DNA of 64,000 nucleotides from Chloroflexota bacterium (GTDB lineage Bacteria; Chloroflexota; Dehalococcoidia; JABGRK01), in assembly GCA_018648325.1 (NCBI GenBank), contig JABGRK010000010.1, forward strand, positions 110,219 to 174,218, written 5' to 3'. Numbering within the stretch: the first letter of the stretch is position 1; each line of letters opens with the position of its first letter. A program made the position numbers and the translations under genes. The notes below the pieces were generated by a model that saw only the letters and a program-made list of their open reading frames with translations, searched no databases and was not told where the DNA came from. This document shows, one piece after another, positions 1-10,046 of the stretch.

Positions 1-480
1 TCCGCACTGCTCGCGTGCTTCTGCCAAAAGCTCCAATCCCGTTTTTGCCAAACCCTGGAAACTGAAAGGAGAAGTACGCGGCTTGAATGCTCCGCCCCGC
101 ATAATGCTGGCACCACTGGCCTTAACCTGCCCGGCAATCTGAAGCATCTGCTCCCTGGTTTCAACAGCACAGGGACCCGCAATTACAATAATCTGGTTGC
201 CGCCAATTTTTACGCCACCACAGGCAACAGTAGTATCCTTGGTTTTAAACTCGCGGGAAGCAAGCTTATAGGGCTTCATAATGCGCGTTACGCTTTCCAC
301 AGACGGCAACACCTCAAAAACACCGGTCTGAGTCTGACCCGTATTGCTGCCCAGTACCGCGATAACCTTTTTATCGGTGCCCTCGTTAAGTTGAACGGTA
401 AATCCAAGCGATTTGGCGCGATCTACAACGGCCTTTACTTCATCAGGAGAGGCTCCTGTTACCATCTCTACTATCATCAC
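1..480 (-). CDS. aroF: DAHP synthase (type I-beta with N-terminal regulatory domain), runs off window start
   Basis: Not in the ORF track. Manual translation from GTG 480: MMIVEMVTGASPDEVKAVV...VTRIMKPYKLASREFK...IIIAGPCAVET...LRGGAFKPRTSPFSFQGLAK-type motifs. Confidence 0.9.
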   Translation of the reverse strand, partial: MMIVEMVTGASPDEVKAVVDRAKSLGFTVQLNEGTDKKVIAVLGSNTGQTQTGVFEVLPSVESVTRIMKPYKLASREFKTKDTTVACGGVKIGGNQIIVIAGPCAVETREQMLQIAGQVKASGASIMRGGAFKPRTSPFSFQGLAKTGLELLAEAREQCG

Positions 481-632
481 TTCTGCCCCACTTTACATAA
501 ATGCAATACCTTTGCCCCACCGGCAATGACTTAAAAACAAACATAATCTACATTCGAAATATAATACTACCAGCGCAATCAGTCAAGTTTGTTATGTAAT
601 GTAATACGTCAAATCAGCAAATCAAACAGACG

Positions 633-1793
633 TTATCCAATTATACCAAACTTTTTAGCAGCGCTTTCAAAGCCCTCAAGTGCGCCCTCAAGCGTCCTGT
701 CATCCACACAGTAGGCTATCCTAAAATACCCCGGCGCACCAAACGCTGTTCCCGGCCCAGTAATTACCTTGAATTGCTGCAACTGCTGCACGAAAGCGAC
801 ATCATCCTCAATCGGTGTTTTGGGAAACAGATAGAAAGCGCCCTGCGGCAAACTCAACTGATAGCCTAAATCAATTAAACTCTTATAAAGATAATCACGC
901 TTTTTCTGATAAGCGTCTATATCTACAGTCACACTCTGTAAAAAACTGACCACCTGCTGCATCATGGCAGGCGCGTTTACATAACCCAATGCGCGCATAC
1001 AAAAAACAAGCCCGTTTATAAGATCAGGCTTCTGGTCAATATCAGGGTGGACTGCCACATACCCTATTCTCTCGCCAGGCAGCGCCAGATCCTTGGAATG
1101 AGACTCAATGATAATGGATCTTCTGTAATGGTGCAGCGGCGACGGATACTTCAGCCCGTCGTAGATAATCTTGCGATAGGCCTCATCACTAATAAGATAT
1201 ATCTGCGTGCCGTATTGCTGTTCTTTTTTCTCCAGTAAAAGGCCAAGCTGGTCCCAAAACTCATCACTTAACACAACACCGGACGGATTATTGGGCGAGT
1301 TTGCCAGTACCACTTTGGTGTTATCGCTTATCGCCGCCTCGATGTCGTCTATCTTGGGCACAAATGTTTCATCTGTTGTCACAACTCTGAGCACCGCACC
1401 GTAGTTGGCTGCGTAATTTACGTATTCACCAAAATAGGGCGCAAAGATGATCATCTCATCGCCGGGATTAAGCAACGTTTTCATAGTAATATTCAGAGCT
1501 GCTGCCGCACCACCGGTCATAACAACATCGTTCGTGCTAAAGCTCAGATCGAAATCTACGGATAGCTGCGCCGCTACCGCCTCACGAGTTTCGGGGTAAC
1601 CAGCGTTGGGCATATACCTGTGCAGACCGGTATCTGCGCTGGTAGCCAGCCTTAAAAGCTCTTTTCTGAACTGAGCGGGAGGTTCCATCTCAGGATTGCC
1701 CAATGAAAGGTCGTAGACGTTTTTGGTTCCATACTTCTGTTTGAGCACTATGCTGCCCTCTATACCATGCCTTACGTTATCTGAGATTGTCAT
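633..1793 (-). CDS. PLP-dependent aminotransferase, class I/II (aspartate/aromatic aminotransferase)
   Basis: Motifs LSLGNP, NSPNNPSG, SDEAY, SHSKDLALPGERIG. Start placed at ATG 1793 (MTISDN). Confidence 0.9.
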   Translation of the reverse strand: MTISDNVRHGIEGSIVLKQKYGTKNVYDLSLGNPEMEPPAQFRKELLRLATSADTGLHRYMPNAGYPETREAVAAQLSVDFDLSFSTNDVVMTGGAAAALNITMKTLLNPGDEMIIFAPYFGEYVNYAANYGAVLRVVTTDETFVPKIDDIEAAISDNTKVVLANSPNNPSGVVLSDEFWDQLGLLLEKKEQQYGTQIYLISDEAYRKIIYDGLKYPSPLHHYRRSIIIESHSKDLALPGERIGYVAVHPDIDQKPDLINGLVFCMRALGYVNAPAMMQQVVSFLQSVTVDIDAYQKKRDYLYKSLIDLGYQLSLPQGAFYLFPKTPIEDDVAFVQQLQQFKVITGPGTAFGAPGYFRIAYCVDDRTLEGALEGFESAAKKFGIIG

Positions 1794-2376
1794 TTCTAAT
1801 TTCCTTTTTCCCAACCTCAAAAGCCCTGTCGTTTATCTCCAAAATAGCCGCAGGAAGTCGCTGTGCCATGCTCTCCTTCCAAACCTGATCAGTTATGGGC
1901 AGGAAGTGCGAAATGGCTCCCAGCATCAACATATTCAGCGTTTTTACGTTACCCAGATCCGCTGCCATACTTGTCCCGCTAATAAGATATATCTTATCTG
2001 TTGCCCTCTTAATATCGGCGATAACCGTATCATCAGATGGATACGTTTCAACACCCAGATTAACCGAAAGAGGGGGCAAAACGTGATTATTAACTATGGC
2101 CACGCCATCGGGTTTCAGGTAGTATGCCCAACGGGCGGCCTCCATCTTCTCAAAGGCCAGCAGGATATCCACATCCCCCTGTGCGATAAGAGGTGAGTTT
2201 ACTTTTGGTGCGATTTTCAGGTGACTGATAACGCTGCCGCCGCGCTGCGCCATCCCAAGAGTATCCGTCTTTTTAAAATCGTATCCGGCAGCAATTGCCA
2301 CTTCACCAACGATATCGCTGGCCAGTATAACTCCCTGACCTCCAACCCCGGCTATTAGCAGATTAACCTTATCCAA
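1777..2376 (-). CDS. iorB: Indolepyruvate:ferredoxin oxidoreductase beta subunit
   Basis: AGVGGQGVILAS and GMAQRGGSVISH motifs; directly downstream of iorA. Confidence 0.92.
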   Translation of the reverse strand: MDKVNLLIAGVGGQGVILASDIVGEVAIAAGYDFKKTDTLGMAQRGGSVISHLKIAPKVNSPLIAQGDVDILLAFEKMEAARWAYYLKPDGVAIVNNHVLPPLSVNLGVETYPSDDTVIADIKRATDKIYLISGTSMAADLGNVKTLNMLMLGAISHFLPITDQVWKESMAQRLPAAILEINDRAFEVGKKEIRNDNLR

Positions 2377-2403
2377 ACCTATCCTCTTTTACATAATAAT
2401 GTT

Positions 2404-4185
2404 TTATTTAAGTTCGATTGCTCCGCGCGGGCAAACCTGCTCGCATATGGTGCAAATGTCTCCTGCGCACAGCGTAGCATCTATCCTGACCTTATCGCCA
2501 TCCTTCTGAATTGCCGAACAACCCAGTAGCAGGCACATGCCGCAATCATTGCACTTTTCGGTCTCCACAGCCCGTGGGCCGGAACGCGCTTTTATGCGCA
2601 CGGCGCAGTCGCCGCGTACGATGATAACCGACAGATGATCAGCATCCAGCGCCTTCTTTACGGTAGACTTGATCGTTTTTATGTCAAATGCATCCACAAC
2701 CTCAAGATCGTTGACGCCGCTGCCACGAATCAGTTGCTCAAGTCCCACTTTTCTAGTCTGGTCTCCCTGCGCCGAAACGCCGGTACCAGGGTGATCCTGA
2801 TGCCCGGTCATGGCGGTGGTCAGGTTATCCAGAATAACAAGCGTCATTTTAGAATCAAAATACACCGCTGAGAGCAGCCCGGATATGCCGGAATGGAAAA
2901 AGGTTGAATCGCCAATTACAGCAACCACCTTTTTATCAACATTGGCCCTTTCCATACCCAGCGCCGTGCCGATGCTGGCACCCATACAAACGTTTATATC
3001 CATCGCAGAAAGCGGCGGATAAGTACCCAGCGTGTAGCAGCCAATGTCGCCGCAAATCACAAGGCCGGAATTATTTATGTCCGTGGTCTTTTTGGGCGCA
3101 GAACGTTTGCCGATACTGCTTAAGATGGAAAACAGCCCCGTATGCGGACAGCCCGGACACAGCAGCGGAGGACGTTTTGGCAACCCTTCAGCCGGTTTAT
3201 TGCTAACCACGATATTATCAATAAGGCCAGCTTTTGCAGCGTTTTGTGCAATTACGTCTGGTGAGTACTCACCTATGGTCGGGAAAATATCCTTGCCTTG
3301 AAGTTCGATTCCCATCAGCCTTATGTTTTCTTCCAGGAACGGGTCAAGCTCCTCAACAACAATCAGCTTATCGACGCCGTCAGCAAAATCGCTGATCAGC
3401 TTTTTGGGCAGAGGATAAACCATACCCAGTTTTAAAAACGATGCATCGGGGAACACTTCTTTGGCATACTGATATGCAACGCCACTACTGATAATACCAA
3501 CATCTTTGCTTCCCAAGGTGATTTGGTTTAATTCAAACGTCTCGGCATGCTCTTCAAGCCCCGCAACACGGGCATATTGATCGGGCCGCCTGGCTCGTGC
3601 ATATCCGGGCAGCAGCACGTATTTGGAAACGTTGTACGTAAAATCACGATTATGCTCGGTGCGAACCTTGTTCACGTTTACCACAGACTTGGAGTGAGAT
3701 ATGCGCGTTGTGGTGCGCACTATCACAGGGGTATCAAACGTCTCACTCAAATCAAAGGCGTACTCGATGAAATCATACGCTTCCTGACTGTCGCTGGGCT
3801 CAAGCACGGGAATCTTGGCAAACCTGGCGTAGTTGCGCGTATCCTGCTCGCTCTGGGAACTATGCATACCCGGATCATCAGCAACAATCATCACAAGTCC
3901 GGCGTTTATCCCGGTTATGGATGATGACATAAATGGATCGCTGGCCACGTTCAATCCAACGTGCTTCATGACCACCAGCGATCGCACGCCGGCATACGAT
4001 GCCCCCAACCCGACCTCCATGGCAACGCGCTCATCGGATGCCCAGTCAGTGCGTATGTCCTTGTGTTCAGATAGCACTTCCAGTATCTCGGTGCTGGGTG
4101 TTCCGGGATAGGCCGAGGCCACCATCACACCGGCGTGATAGGCACCCAGGGCCAGGGCTTCATTTCCTGCAAGCAGCTCTAACAT
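2404..4185 (-). CDS. iorA: Indolepyruvate:ferredoxin oxidoreductase alpha subunit
   Basis: GNEALA, YPGTPSTE, MKHVGLNVA, LCPGCPH, GDIGCY, TPP motif GDSTFFHSG, C-terminal ferredoxin Cys clusters. Confidence 0.95.
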   Translation of the reverse strand: MLELLAGNEALALGAYHAGVMVASAYPGTPSTEILEVLSEHKDIRTDWASDERVAMEVGLGASYAGVRSLVVMKHVGLNVASDPFMSSSITGINAGLVMIVADDPGMHSSQSEQDTRNYARFAKIPVLEPSDSQEAYDFIEYAFDLSETFDTPVIVRTTTRISHSKSVVNVNKVRTEHNRDFTYNVSKYVLLPGYARARRPDQYARVAGLEEHAETFELNQITLGSKDVGIISSGVAYQYAKEVFPDASFLKLGMVYPLPKKLISDFADGVDKLIVVEELDPFLEENIRLMGIELQGKDIFPTIGEYSPDVIAQNAAKAGLIDNIVVSNKPAEGLPKRPPLLCPGCPHTGLFSILSSIGKRSAPKKTTDINNSGLVICGDIGCYTLGTYPPLSAMDINVCMGASIGTALGMERANVDKKVVAVIGDSTFFHSGISGLLSAVYFDSKMTLVILDNLTTAMTGHQDHPGTGVSAQGDQTRKVGLEQLIRGSGVNDLEVVDAFDIKTIKSTVKKALDADHLSVIIVRGDCAVRIKARSGPRAVETEKCNDCGMCLLLGCSAIQKDGDKVRIDATLCAGDICTICEQVCPRGAIELK

Positions 4186-4342
4186 TCATACTCCCGCTTC
4201 TAATAAGACTATCAATCAGATTCATTATAACAAATATTCCAGATGGAAAACAGACGACCAAAACGCGAGCAAAAACCAAGGCCGTATTGATGTAGGTATA
4301 TCTGTGTACTATAATTGCTTTGTTCGCTTTAAAGAGGTAGAT

Positions 4343-4819
4343 ATGTTCAGCGTCAGGCAATATCAAGAATCAGACCACGATGCGGTTTGGAACCTGCACA
4401 ATCTGGCACTGCATGCTGTAAAAGCCCATGTGGGAAACGGCCCGTGGGATGACGATTTGCATAATATCGATACTATTTACGCCAAAAACAAAGGCGTATT
4501 TTTAGTCCTGATCCAGAATGACACTATCTTTGCCATGGGGGCACTTAAAAAATTATCAGACTCAGAAGCCCAAATAACGCGCATGAGAGTACACCCCAAT
4601 CATCAAAAAAGGGGACTGGGCCAGATAATACTCACTGCGCTTGAGGGAAAAGCACGCGAACTGGGATATCAAATGCTGCGTCTGGATACAACCACTAAAC
4701 AAATTGCGGCGCAGGCTCTTTACAAGAAAAACGGTTACGTATTAACCGGACACAAGGAACTGTGGTCCTTTGAGGTAATTTCGTACCAGAAAACCATAAC
4801 CCAGGCAGACATATGCTAA
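4343..4819 (+). CDS. GNAT-family N-acetyltransferase
   Basis: Acetyl-CoA motif RMRVHPNHQKRGLG and ALYKKNGY. SD GAGG before ATG 4343. Confidence 0.85.
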   Translation: MFSVRQYQESDHDAVWNLHNLALHAVKAHVGNGPWDDDLHNIDTIYAKNKGVFLVLIQNDTIFAMGALKKLSDSEAQITRMRVHPNHQKRGLGQIILTALEGKARELGYQMLRLDTTTKQIAAQALYKKNGYVLTGHKELWSFEVISYQKTITQADIC

Positions 4820-4838
4820 AGAGGTGTAAAATTATAGC

Positions 4839-6380
4839 ATGACCATAGTAGACATGCTCAAAAACAATGCGGACAAGTATCCCGATGATACTGCACTCAT
4901 CGAGCTAAAACCCAGCAAGGATATCAGGTTGGAAATAAGCTGGAGCGAGTTCGACGAACGATCGAATCGTGTAGCTAACGCCCTTGCCTCCAGAGGCATA
5001 AAAAAGGGCGACAAGGTCATCCATCTCATGCGCAACTGTATAGACTGGCTTGTGGCCTACTTCGGCATCATCAAAACCGGTGCATGGGCAGTCCCTCTCA
5101 ACTACAGGTTTACCAGTACGGATATCAAATATTGCGCATACATCGCCGAGGCACAGGCGATGATACTCCAGGAGGAGTTTATCGACCGGATTGAACAAAT
5201 AAAGCCGGAACTTACCACCATTAAGCATTACATTGGATTGGGAAGCGACCTGCCGGATTACATGGAAGATTTTAAAACGGTGGTTGCAGACTCAAAAGCC
5301 GATGCCGTTGAAGTAGATATTGCTGAAAGTGACTCCTGCGGACTGTACTTTACCTCCGGCACAACAGGCGATCCCAAGCCGATCCTGCTGACACACAAAA
5401 ACATGGAGCACGCCGCAGTAACCGAGCAGATGCACCATAAGCAGACGCGTGAGGATAACTTTATACTGCTGCCACCGCTGTATCACACCGGGGCCAAGAT
5501 GCACTGGTTCGGAAACCTGCTTTCGGGAAGCCGGGCAACACTGCTGACCGAAATAAGCCCCAGATATATCTTCGAAGCTGTGCACAAGGAGCGCGGCACC
5601 ATCGTGTGGCTGCTGGTGCCATGGGCACACGATATCGTAGTAGCAATCGAAAGAGGCGATCTGAATATAGCAGATTACGACTTAAGTAGCTGGCGCCTGA
5701 TGCACATCGGTGCCCAGCAGGTCCCCACAAGCCTGGTTATGCAATGGAAAGAGCTTTTCCCGGACATGCAGTACGATGAAAACTACGGGCTTTCCGAAAG
5801 CACCGGCCCGGGAGTGGTTCACCTTGGAATGGAAAACGTGGACAAGGTGGGAGCAACCGGCAAACCCGGATACAAGTGGGAAGCGCGCATTGTTGATGAA
5901 CATGACAATGACGTCCCCACCGGCCAGACGGGAGAGCTGATCGTAAAAGGCCCCGGCGTACTGCAGGAGTATTACAAAAATCCACAGAAAACGGCTGAGA
6001 CTATTAAAGGCGGATGGCTGCACACCGGTGATATAGCCAAAATGGATGAGGACGGCTTTATCTACATCGTTGATCGCAAAAAGGACATCATCAACAGTGG
6101 CGGCGAAAACATCTTCCCGGCCGAAATTGAGGAACTGCTGGAAAGCCATCCCAAGATCTACGACGTAGCCGTGATCGGCATTCCCGACGATAGACTCGGC
6201 GAAATAGTGGCGGCGGTTATAGATCCCAAGCCGGATCAGACACTTACCGAAGACGAGATAGACCTGTTTTGTGAATCCCTGCCCAGATACAAAAGACCAC
6301 GGCGCGTGATTTTCGACAAGGTACCGCGCAATCCTACAGGTAAGCTGGAAAAACCTCAACTCAGACAAAAGTATTCGTAA
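4839..6380 (+). CDS. AMP-dependent acyl-CoA synthetase (ANL superfamily)
   Basis: YFTSGTTGDPK, YGLSES, LHTGD, DRKKD..SGGEN, PRNPTGK motifs. Confidence 0.92.
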   Translation: MTIVDMLKNNADKYPDDTALIELKPSKDIRLEISWSEFDERSNRVANALASRGIKKGDKVIHLMRNCIDWLVAYFGIIKTGAWAVPLNYRFTSTDIKYCAYIAEAQAMILQEEFIDRIEQIKPELTTIKHYIGLGSDLPDYMEDFKTVVADSKADAVEVDIAESDSCGLYFTSGTTGDPKPILLTHKNMEHAAVTEQMHHKQTREDNFILLPPLYHTGAKMHWFGNLLSGSRATLLTEISPRYIFEAVHKERGTIVWLLVPWAHDIVVAIERGDLNIADYDLSSWRLMHIGAQQVPTSLVMQWKELFPDMQYDENYGLSESTGPGVVHLGMENVDKVGATGKPGYKWEARIVDEHDNDVPTGQTGELIVKGPGVLQEYYKNPQKTAETIKGGWLHTGDIAKMDEDGFIYIVDRKKDIINSGGENIFPAEIEELLESHPKIYDVAVIGIPDDRLGEIVAAVIDPKPDQTLTEDEIDLFCESLPRYKRPRRVIFDKVPRNPTGKLEKPQLRQKYS

Positions 6381-6467
6381 GGGGATGTAACAAACACGCC
6401 CCTTTCATCGTTAACATAATTAAGAGAGACAAAAAGTCCGAACTTAAAACAAAAATGAGAAGCAGCG

Positions 6468-7203
6468 ATGAAACAACCACTCAAACGCATAACTTTGGCA
6501 ATACTTACGGCAACGCTGATAATCAGCCTGCTGTCAAACGCATGCCTTTTAGAGCAAGCTTCCATATACACCGTCACCCCCCCCCAATGAGGAAAACAAC
6601 TACCATGTCCAGTGTGAGTGGAACTACAAAGACAGAAGATGGGCATACGAGGTCGAAATACCGGTAACGCTTTATGAACACCTAAAAGGCACAGAAAGAA
6701 GCGCAAATTACGACGATTATGCGGTTAATGATCTGGATGACGACTGGTTGCAGGAAACAGCGACCACTTTCAAAACGCAGGCCGAGCAGGCAGGATGGGG
6801 ATTTCTCGATACGGTCGACTTCGTTATGTCGTTCGTACAAAATATACCGTACACCGTCGATCCTGAAACTACAAGCTATGACGAATATCCGCGCTATCCC
6901 ATAGAGACCATGATAGACGAAGGAGGTGACTGTGAAGACACAGTGGTGCTTCTTATCACTATCCTCAAGGAGATGGGATACGACGTAGCGCTGTTACTAT
7001 TTGCTTCAGATCAGCATATGGCCGCCGGAGTTCACATAACGCAGGAATTCGTTGACGGCTGGACTGAAAGCTACTCACTGAGATATTACAAAGGACTAAA
7101 CGGCAAAAACTACGCCTATTGTGACACAACCGGCTTGGGCTACAGACCGGGTGAGCAACCGGAAAAAATAAAGGGCAGCGCAAATATACTGCCTATTGAG
7201 TAG
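6468..7203 (+). pseudogene. Transglutaminase-like (GDCED) lipoprotein split by a frameshift in a C9 tract
   Basis: ATG 6468 gives a signal peptide and lipobox (LSNAC), then stops after C9 (6577-6585). With C8 the frame continues NEENNYHVQCEWNY... into ORF 6748-7203 (YPIET..GGDCEDT, HMAAG, YCDTT). Confidence 0.75.
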
Positions 7204-7242
7204 CAGACAATGAAATATCTGCGCAACTGATTAACCACAAAC

Positions 7243-7815
7243 TCATCCGTTTTCCTGCGGTTCTTTCGAAGCCAGCGCCCGTTTCTTTTTCTTCGATATG
7301 CGCCAGCGCCACAGGACAAAAAGCGCAACAAAACCAAATACTGCCCCTGTAACGCGCCAGGTTACAAAATCACCCAAGGCAATTGAAAGACCCCACGCTA
7401 GTAAAAATACTATAGAACCGGCAATAAGCACACCAATAACCGCTGCTGCAAATGCTTTCTTCCAATCCATACCCACCAGCCATGCAAGCAACGTGCCGGA
7501 ATATACGCCCGATCCGGGCAGTGGTATTCCTATAAAAATGCCCAGACCTATAAATCCATATTTTTTAATATAGGGTTCGCCCTTTTCCCTAATTCTTATT
7601 GTAGTTCTTTCATAGAACTTCCAACGTATAAGATATTTATGCGCGAATTTCAGTCCAAAATATATGGGGAAGAACAGCAGGATATTTACTATAACAGCTA
7701 TAGCAAAAACGGTTACCGGATTAAGGTCGTTATCAAGGATACCAATAGGAATGGAGGCCCTCAATTCTATCCAGGGCACCAGTGTAATCAATGCTATCTT
7801 CAAATAATCGACCAT
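7243..7815 (-). CDS. COG2426 / small multidrug export family membrane protein
   Basis: PWIELRASIP and FIGIPLPGSGVYSG motifs; multiple transmembrane segments. Confidence 0.8.
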   Translation of the reverse strand: MVDYLKIALITLVPWIELRASIPIGILDNDLNPVTVFAIAVIVNILLFFPIYFGLKFAHKYLIRWKFYERTTIRIREKGEPYIKKYGFIGLGIFIGIPLPGSGVYSGTLLAWLVGMDWKKAFAAAVIGVLIAGSIVFLLAWGLSIALGDFVTWRVTGAVFGFVALFVLWRWRISKKKKRALASKEPQENG

Positions 7816-7864
7816 ATATGCAATTCCTTATTCAAAATAAAAACCGCTGTACGCTTGCTTGAAA

Positions 7865-7917
7865 TTCTACACACTAACTTTGCCAAAGTCTACCTTGCCT
7901 GTGGTGATATAATGCGA
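7865..7917 (+). repeat. Copy 1 of promoter-bearing intergenic repeat
   Basis: 46/53 identical to 8275-8327. Contains ACTTTG-C-CAAAGT palindrome and extended -10 TGaTATAAT. Confidence 0.85.
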
Positions 7918-7935
7918 GCAAGATAGTGAAGGAGA

Positions 7936-8205
7936 GTGAGTATGGATTGGCTACTATGGGTCGTTAGAGCCATAATAATTGTTATAGGAATAATAGTGGC
8001 AATAAAGGTTTGGAAAGGGGAAAAGGGATACTCCTTTAGGTTTCTTACAATAGGAATTACTATTTTAATTTTGGGGGTTATTCTCCTAATAGTGTCTTTT
8101 GCAACAGACCTATCATCATTTTATGGTTTGTATCTTACTACTGCTGGAGCGATAGCTATCATAATCGGGTTGGTTATTCGGAATATATGGGAGAAGAACC
8201 GTTAA
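7936..8205 (+). CDS. Small hypothetical membrane protein (3 TM)
   Basis: SD GAAGGAG; hydrophobic helices; AT-rich. Confidence 0.7.
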   Translation: MSMDWLLWVVRAIIIVIGIIVAIKVWKGEKGYSFRFLTIGITILILGVILLIVSFATDLSSFYGLYLTTAGAIAIIIGLVIRNIWEKNR

Positions 8206-8274
8206 TGGCTCAACCTATGTTCAAACTCTCCCTATAGCTATAAAACCAGTTCAAACTCTAATTTTGTAACTGTG

Positions 8275-8327
8275 TTCTACACATTAACTTTGGCAAAGTC
8301 CACCTTGCCCATGATGGTATAATGCGA
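8275..8327 (+). repeat. Copy 2 of promoter-bearing intergenic repeat
   Basis: TTCTACACATTAACTTTGGCAAAGTCCACCTTGCCCATGATGGTATAATGCGA; TATAAT lies 9 nt before ATG 8333. Confidence 0.85.
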
Positions 8328-8332
8328 TAATC

Positions 8333-8938
8333 ATGAGCGATAAATACTATGCAGATATGGAAATCTTCTGGGCTGATTCATATCCATCGGTAGATTCTAT
8401 CGAAAATAGCGAGGCTTTCTATCAAGAGACTGGCTTTGTCGGAGGCTTCTTTCCTTACATCAACAAAATTCTGGCCCATCCATCGCTGAAGCCCAAAAAA
8501 GCACGCCTGCTTGAATTCGGTTGCGACAATGGCATCACACTAAACTACTTCAAAGATCGCTCACTTGAGTTATACGGCGTTGATATTAACAATGCCGCTA
8601 TCCAAAAAGGCAGAAAACTCTTCCCGCAGTTCAACCTTGTAAGATCATTCGGACTAGAAATCCCTTTCAAGGATAAATATTTTGATATAGTATTTGCTTC
8701 CGCTGTATTAAAACATATCAGGCACAAGGATAGACCTGCCGTATATCAAGAATTGGCGCGAGTTGCAGATTATGTTATTGTCAGCGAACTCAACTCTAAG
8801 GCTGATAACATCGAAGAAAGTTCGGGATTTATGTTTTACCATTCTGACTTTATCAAGGAGCTGCCAGACTATTTTGTCGAACTTGAGTTAATAAATATCG
8901 GCAATTACTTTCTGGGTCTATACAAGGTGAAACAATGA
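8333..8938 (+). CDS. Class I SAM-dependent methyltransferase
   Basis: LLEFGCDNG motif I, YGVDIN, IPFKDKYFDIVF. Confidence 0.85.
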   Translation: MSDKYYADMEIFWADSYPSVDSIENSEAFYQETGFVGGFFPYINKILAHPSLKPKKARLLEFGCDNGITLNYFKDRSLELYGVDINNAAIQKGRKLFPQFNLVRSFGLEIPFKDKYFDIVFASAVLKHIRHKDRPAVYQELARVADYVIVSELNSKADNIEESSGFMFYHSDFIKELPDYFVELELINIGNYFLGLYKVKQ

Positions 8939-9465
8939 CAAATCACGTATACATAGCTACAAGTTTAGATGGATATATTGCTACAAGCGACGGGGGATTG
9001 GATTGGCTTAACCAGATACCTAATCCCCAAAAAAGTGACTTCGGGTATGCTGAGTTTAACAGTAGAATCGATGCTATAGTGATGGGAAGAATCACATTTG
9101 AGAAAGTTTTAACCTTTGGCATTTGGCCATATGATAAACCTGTTTTCATATTAAGTACTACCCTAACCGAGCTTCCAGATACAATGGTTGGTAAAGCTGA
9201 AATTGTTAATGGAGACTTACACGAGCTGATTAAACGATTGAAAAAGAGAGGGTATAATAATTTATATATTGATGGCGGCAGAACAATACAGAACTTTTTG
9301 CAGGAAGATCTCATTGACGAAATGATTATTACAAGGGTTCCAATCCTGCTTGGAGATGGAGTCCCTTTATTCGGAAAGATCACGCAAAATATTAAGTTTA
9401 AACATAAGAAAACCGAGATTCTTAATAATTATCTAGCAAAGAGCAGCTATACCAGAGACAGATAA
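8935..9465 (+). CDS. Dihydrofolate reductase / RibD C-terminal family protein
   Basis: YIATSLDGYIA, VMGRITF, YIDGG, PILLGDG. Confidence 0.88.
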   Translation: MTNHVYIATSLDGYIATSDGGLDWLNQIPNPQKSDFGYAEFNSRIDAIVMGRITFEKVLTFGIWPYDKPVFILSTTLTELPDTMVGKAEIVNGDLHELIKRLKKRGYNNLYIDGGRTIQNFLQEDLIDEMIITRVPILLGDGVPLFGKITQNIKFKHKKTEILNNYLAKSSYTRDR

Positions 9466-9544
9466 TGGCAACTAAGGTGCCATCAAACTACCACCGTACT
9501 ATTCTCATAACTACAGCGCCAACTCAAATTCTTGCTTGTAACTG

Positions 9545-9574
9545 AAGTTCACATTGCATACAGTGGTATAATGC
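9545..9574 (+). repeat. Copy 3 (degenerate) of promoter-bearing intergenic repeat
   Basis: AAGTTCACATTGCATACAGTGGTATAATGC is colinear with copy 2 (23/30). Upstream TTGTAACTG is shared with copy 2 and CTTGCTTG with copy 1. Confidence 0.65.
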
Positions 9575-9608
9575 AGCCAATAATCAATGCATCCGAGAAA
9601 GGGAAACA

Positions 9609-9998
9609 GTGACTGCTCAAGTAGCCGCTATTATTGCATCAACGGGATTATTTGGATTGATGTGTTTTCAGCTATTACTGGCTACAGGATTGCCAATAGG
9701 ACATCTTGCATGGGGAGGCAAGTATAGAATACTTCCCACCCGTTTGCGCATCGCCAGCGTTTTCTCGGCGTGCGTTTTTGTATTTGCATCCATCCTAGTG
9801 CTGGAAAAAGCAAACGTCTTTTCGCTCCTGAACAATAGTATTCTATTAACATATGGGGTCTGGATACTTACCGGTTTCTTTGGATTAAACACCGCTTCCA
9901 ACCTGGCCTCACGCAGTAAATGGGAAAAGCGGATTATGGCCCCCATAGCGCTGAGTTTGTGCATACTATGCATAATTATTGCCATTACCTCCGGTTGA
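9609..9998 (+). CDS. Hypothetical 4-TM membrane protein
   Basis: FQLLLATGLPIGHLAWGG...LASRSKWEK pattern; hydrophobic; SD-like AGGGA. Confidence 0.75.
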   Translation: MTAQVAAIIASTGLFGLMCFQLLLATGLPIGHLAWGGKYRILPTRLRIASVFSACVFVFASILVLEKANVFSLLNNSILLTYGVWILTGFFGLNTASNLASRSKWEKRIMAPIALSLCILCIIIAITSG

Positions 9999-10015
9999 TA
10001 ACGATTGTATTCAAA

Positions 10016-10046
10016 GCCTGTGGTGGTATAATGCGATAATTATGAG
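10016..10046 (+). repeat. Copy 4 (3' part) of promoter-bearing intergenic repeat
   Basis: GCCTGTGGTGGTATAATGCGATAATTATGAG matches copy 2 through the start codon. Confidence 0.75.

Noticed and set aside
6455-6904. ORFs 6455-6667 and 6719-6904 as separate genes
   Set aside because: Alternate-frame by-products of the frameshifted lipoprotein gene.
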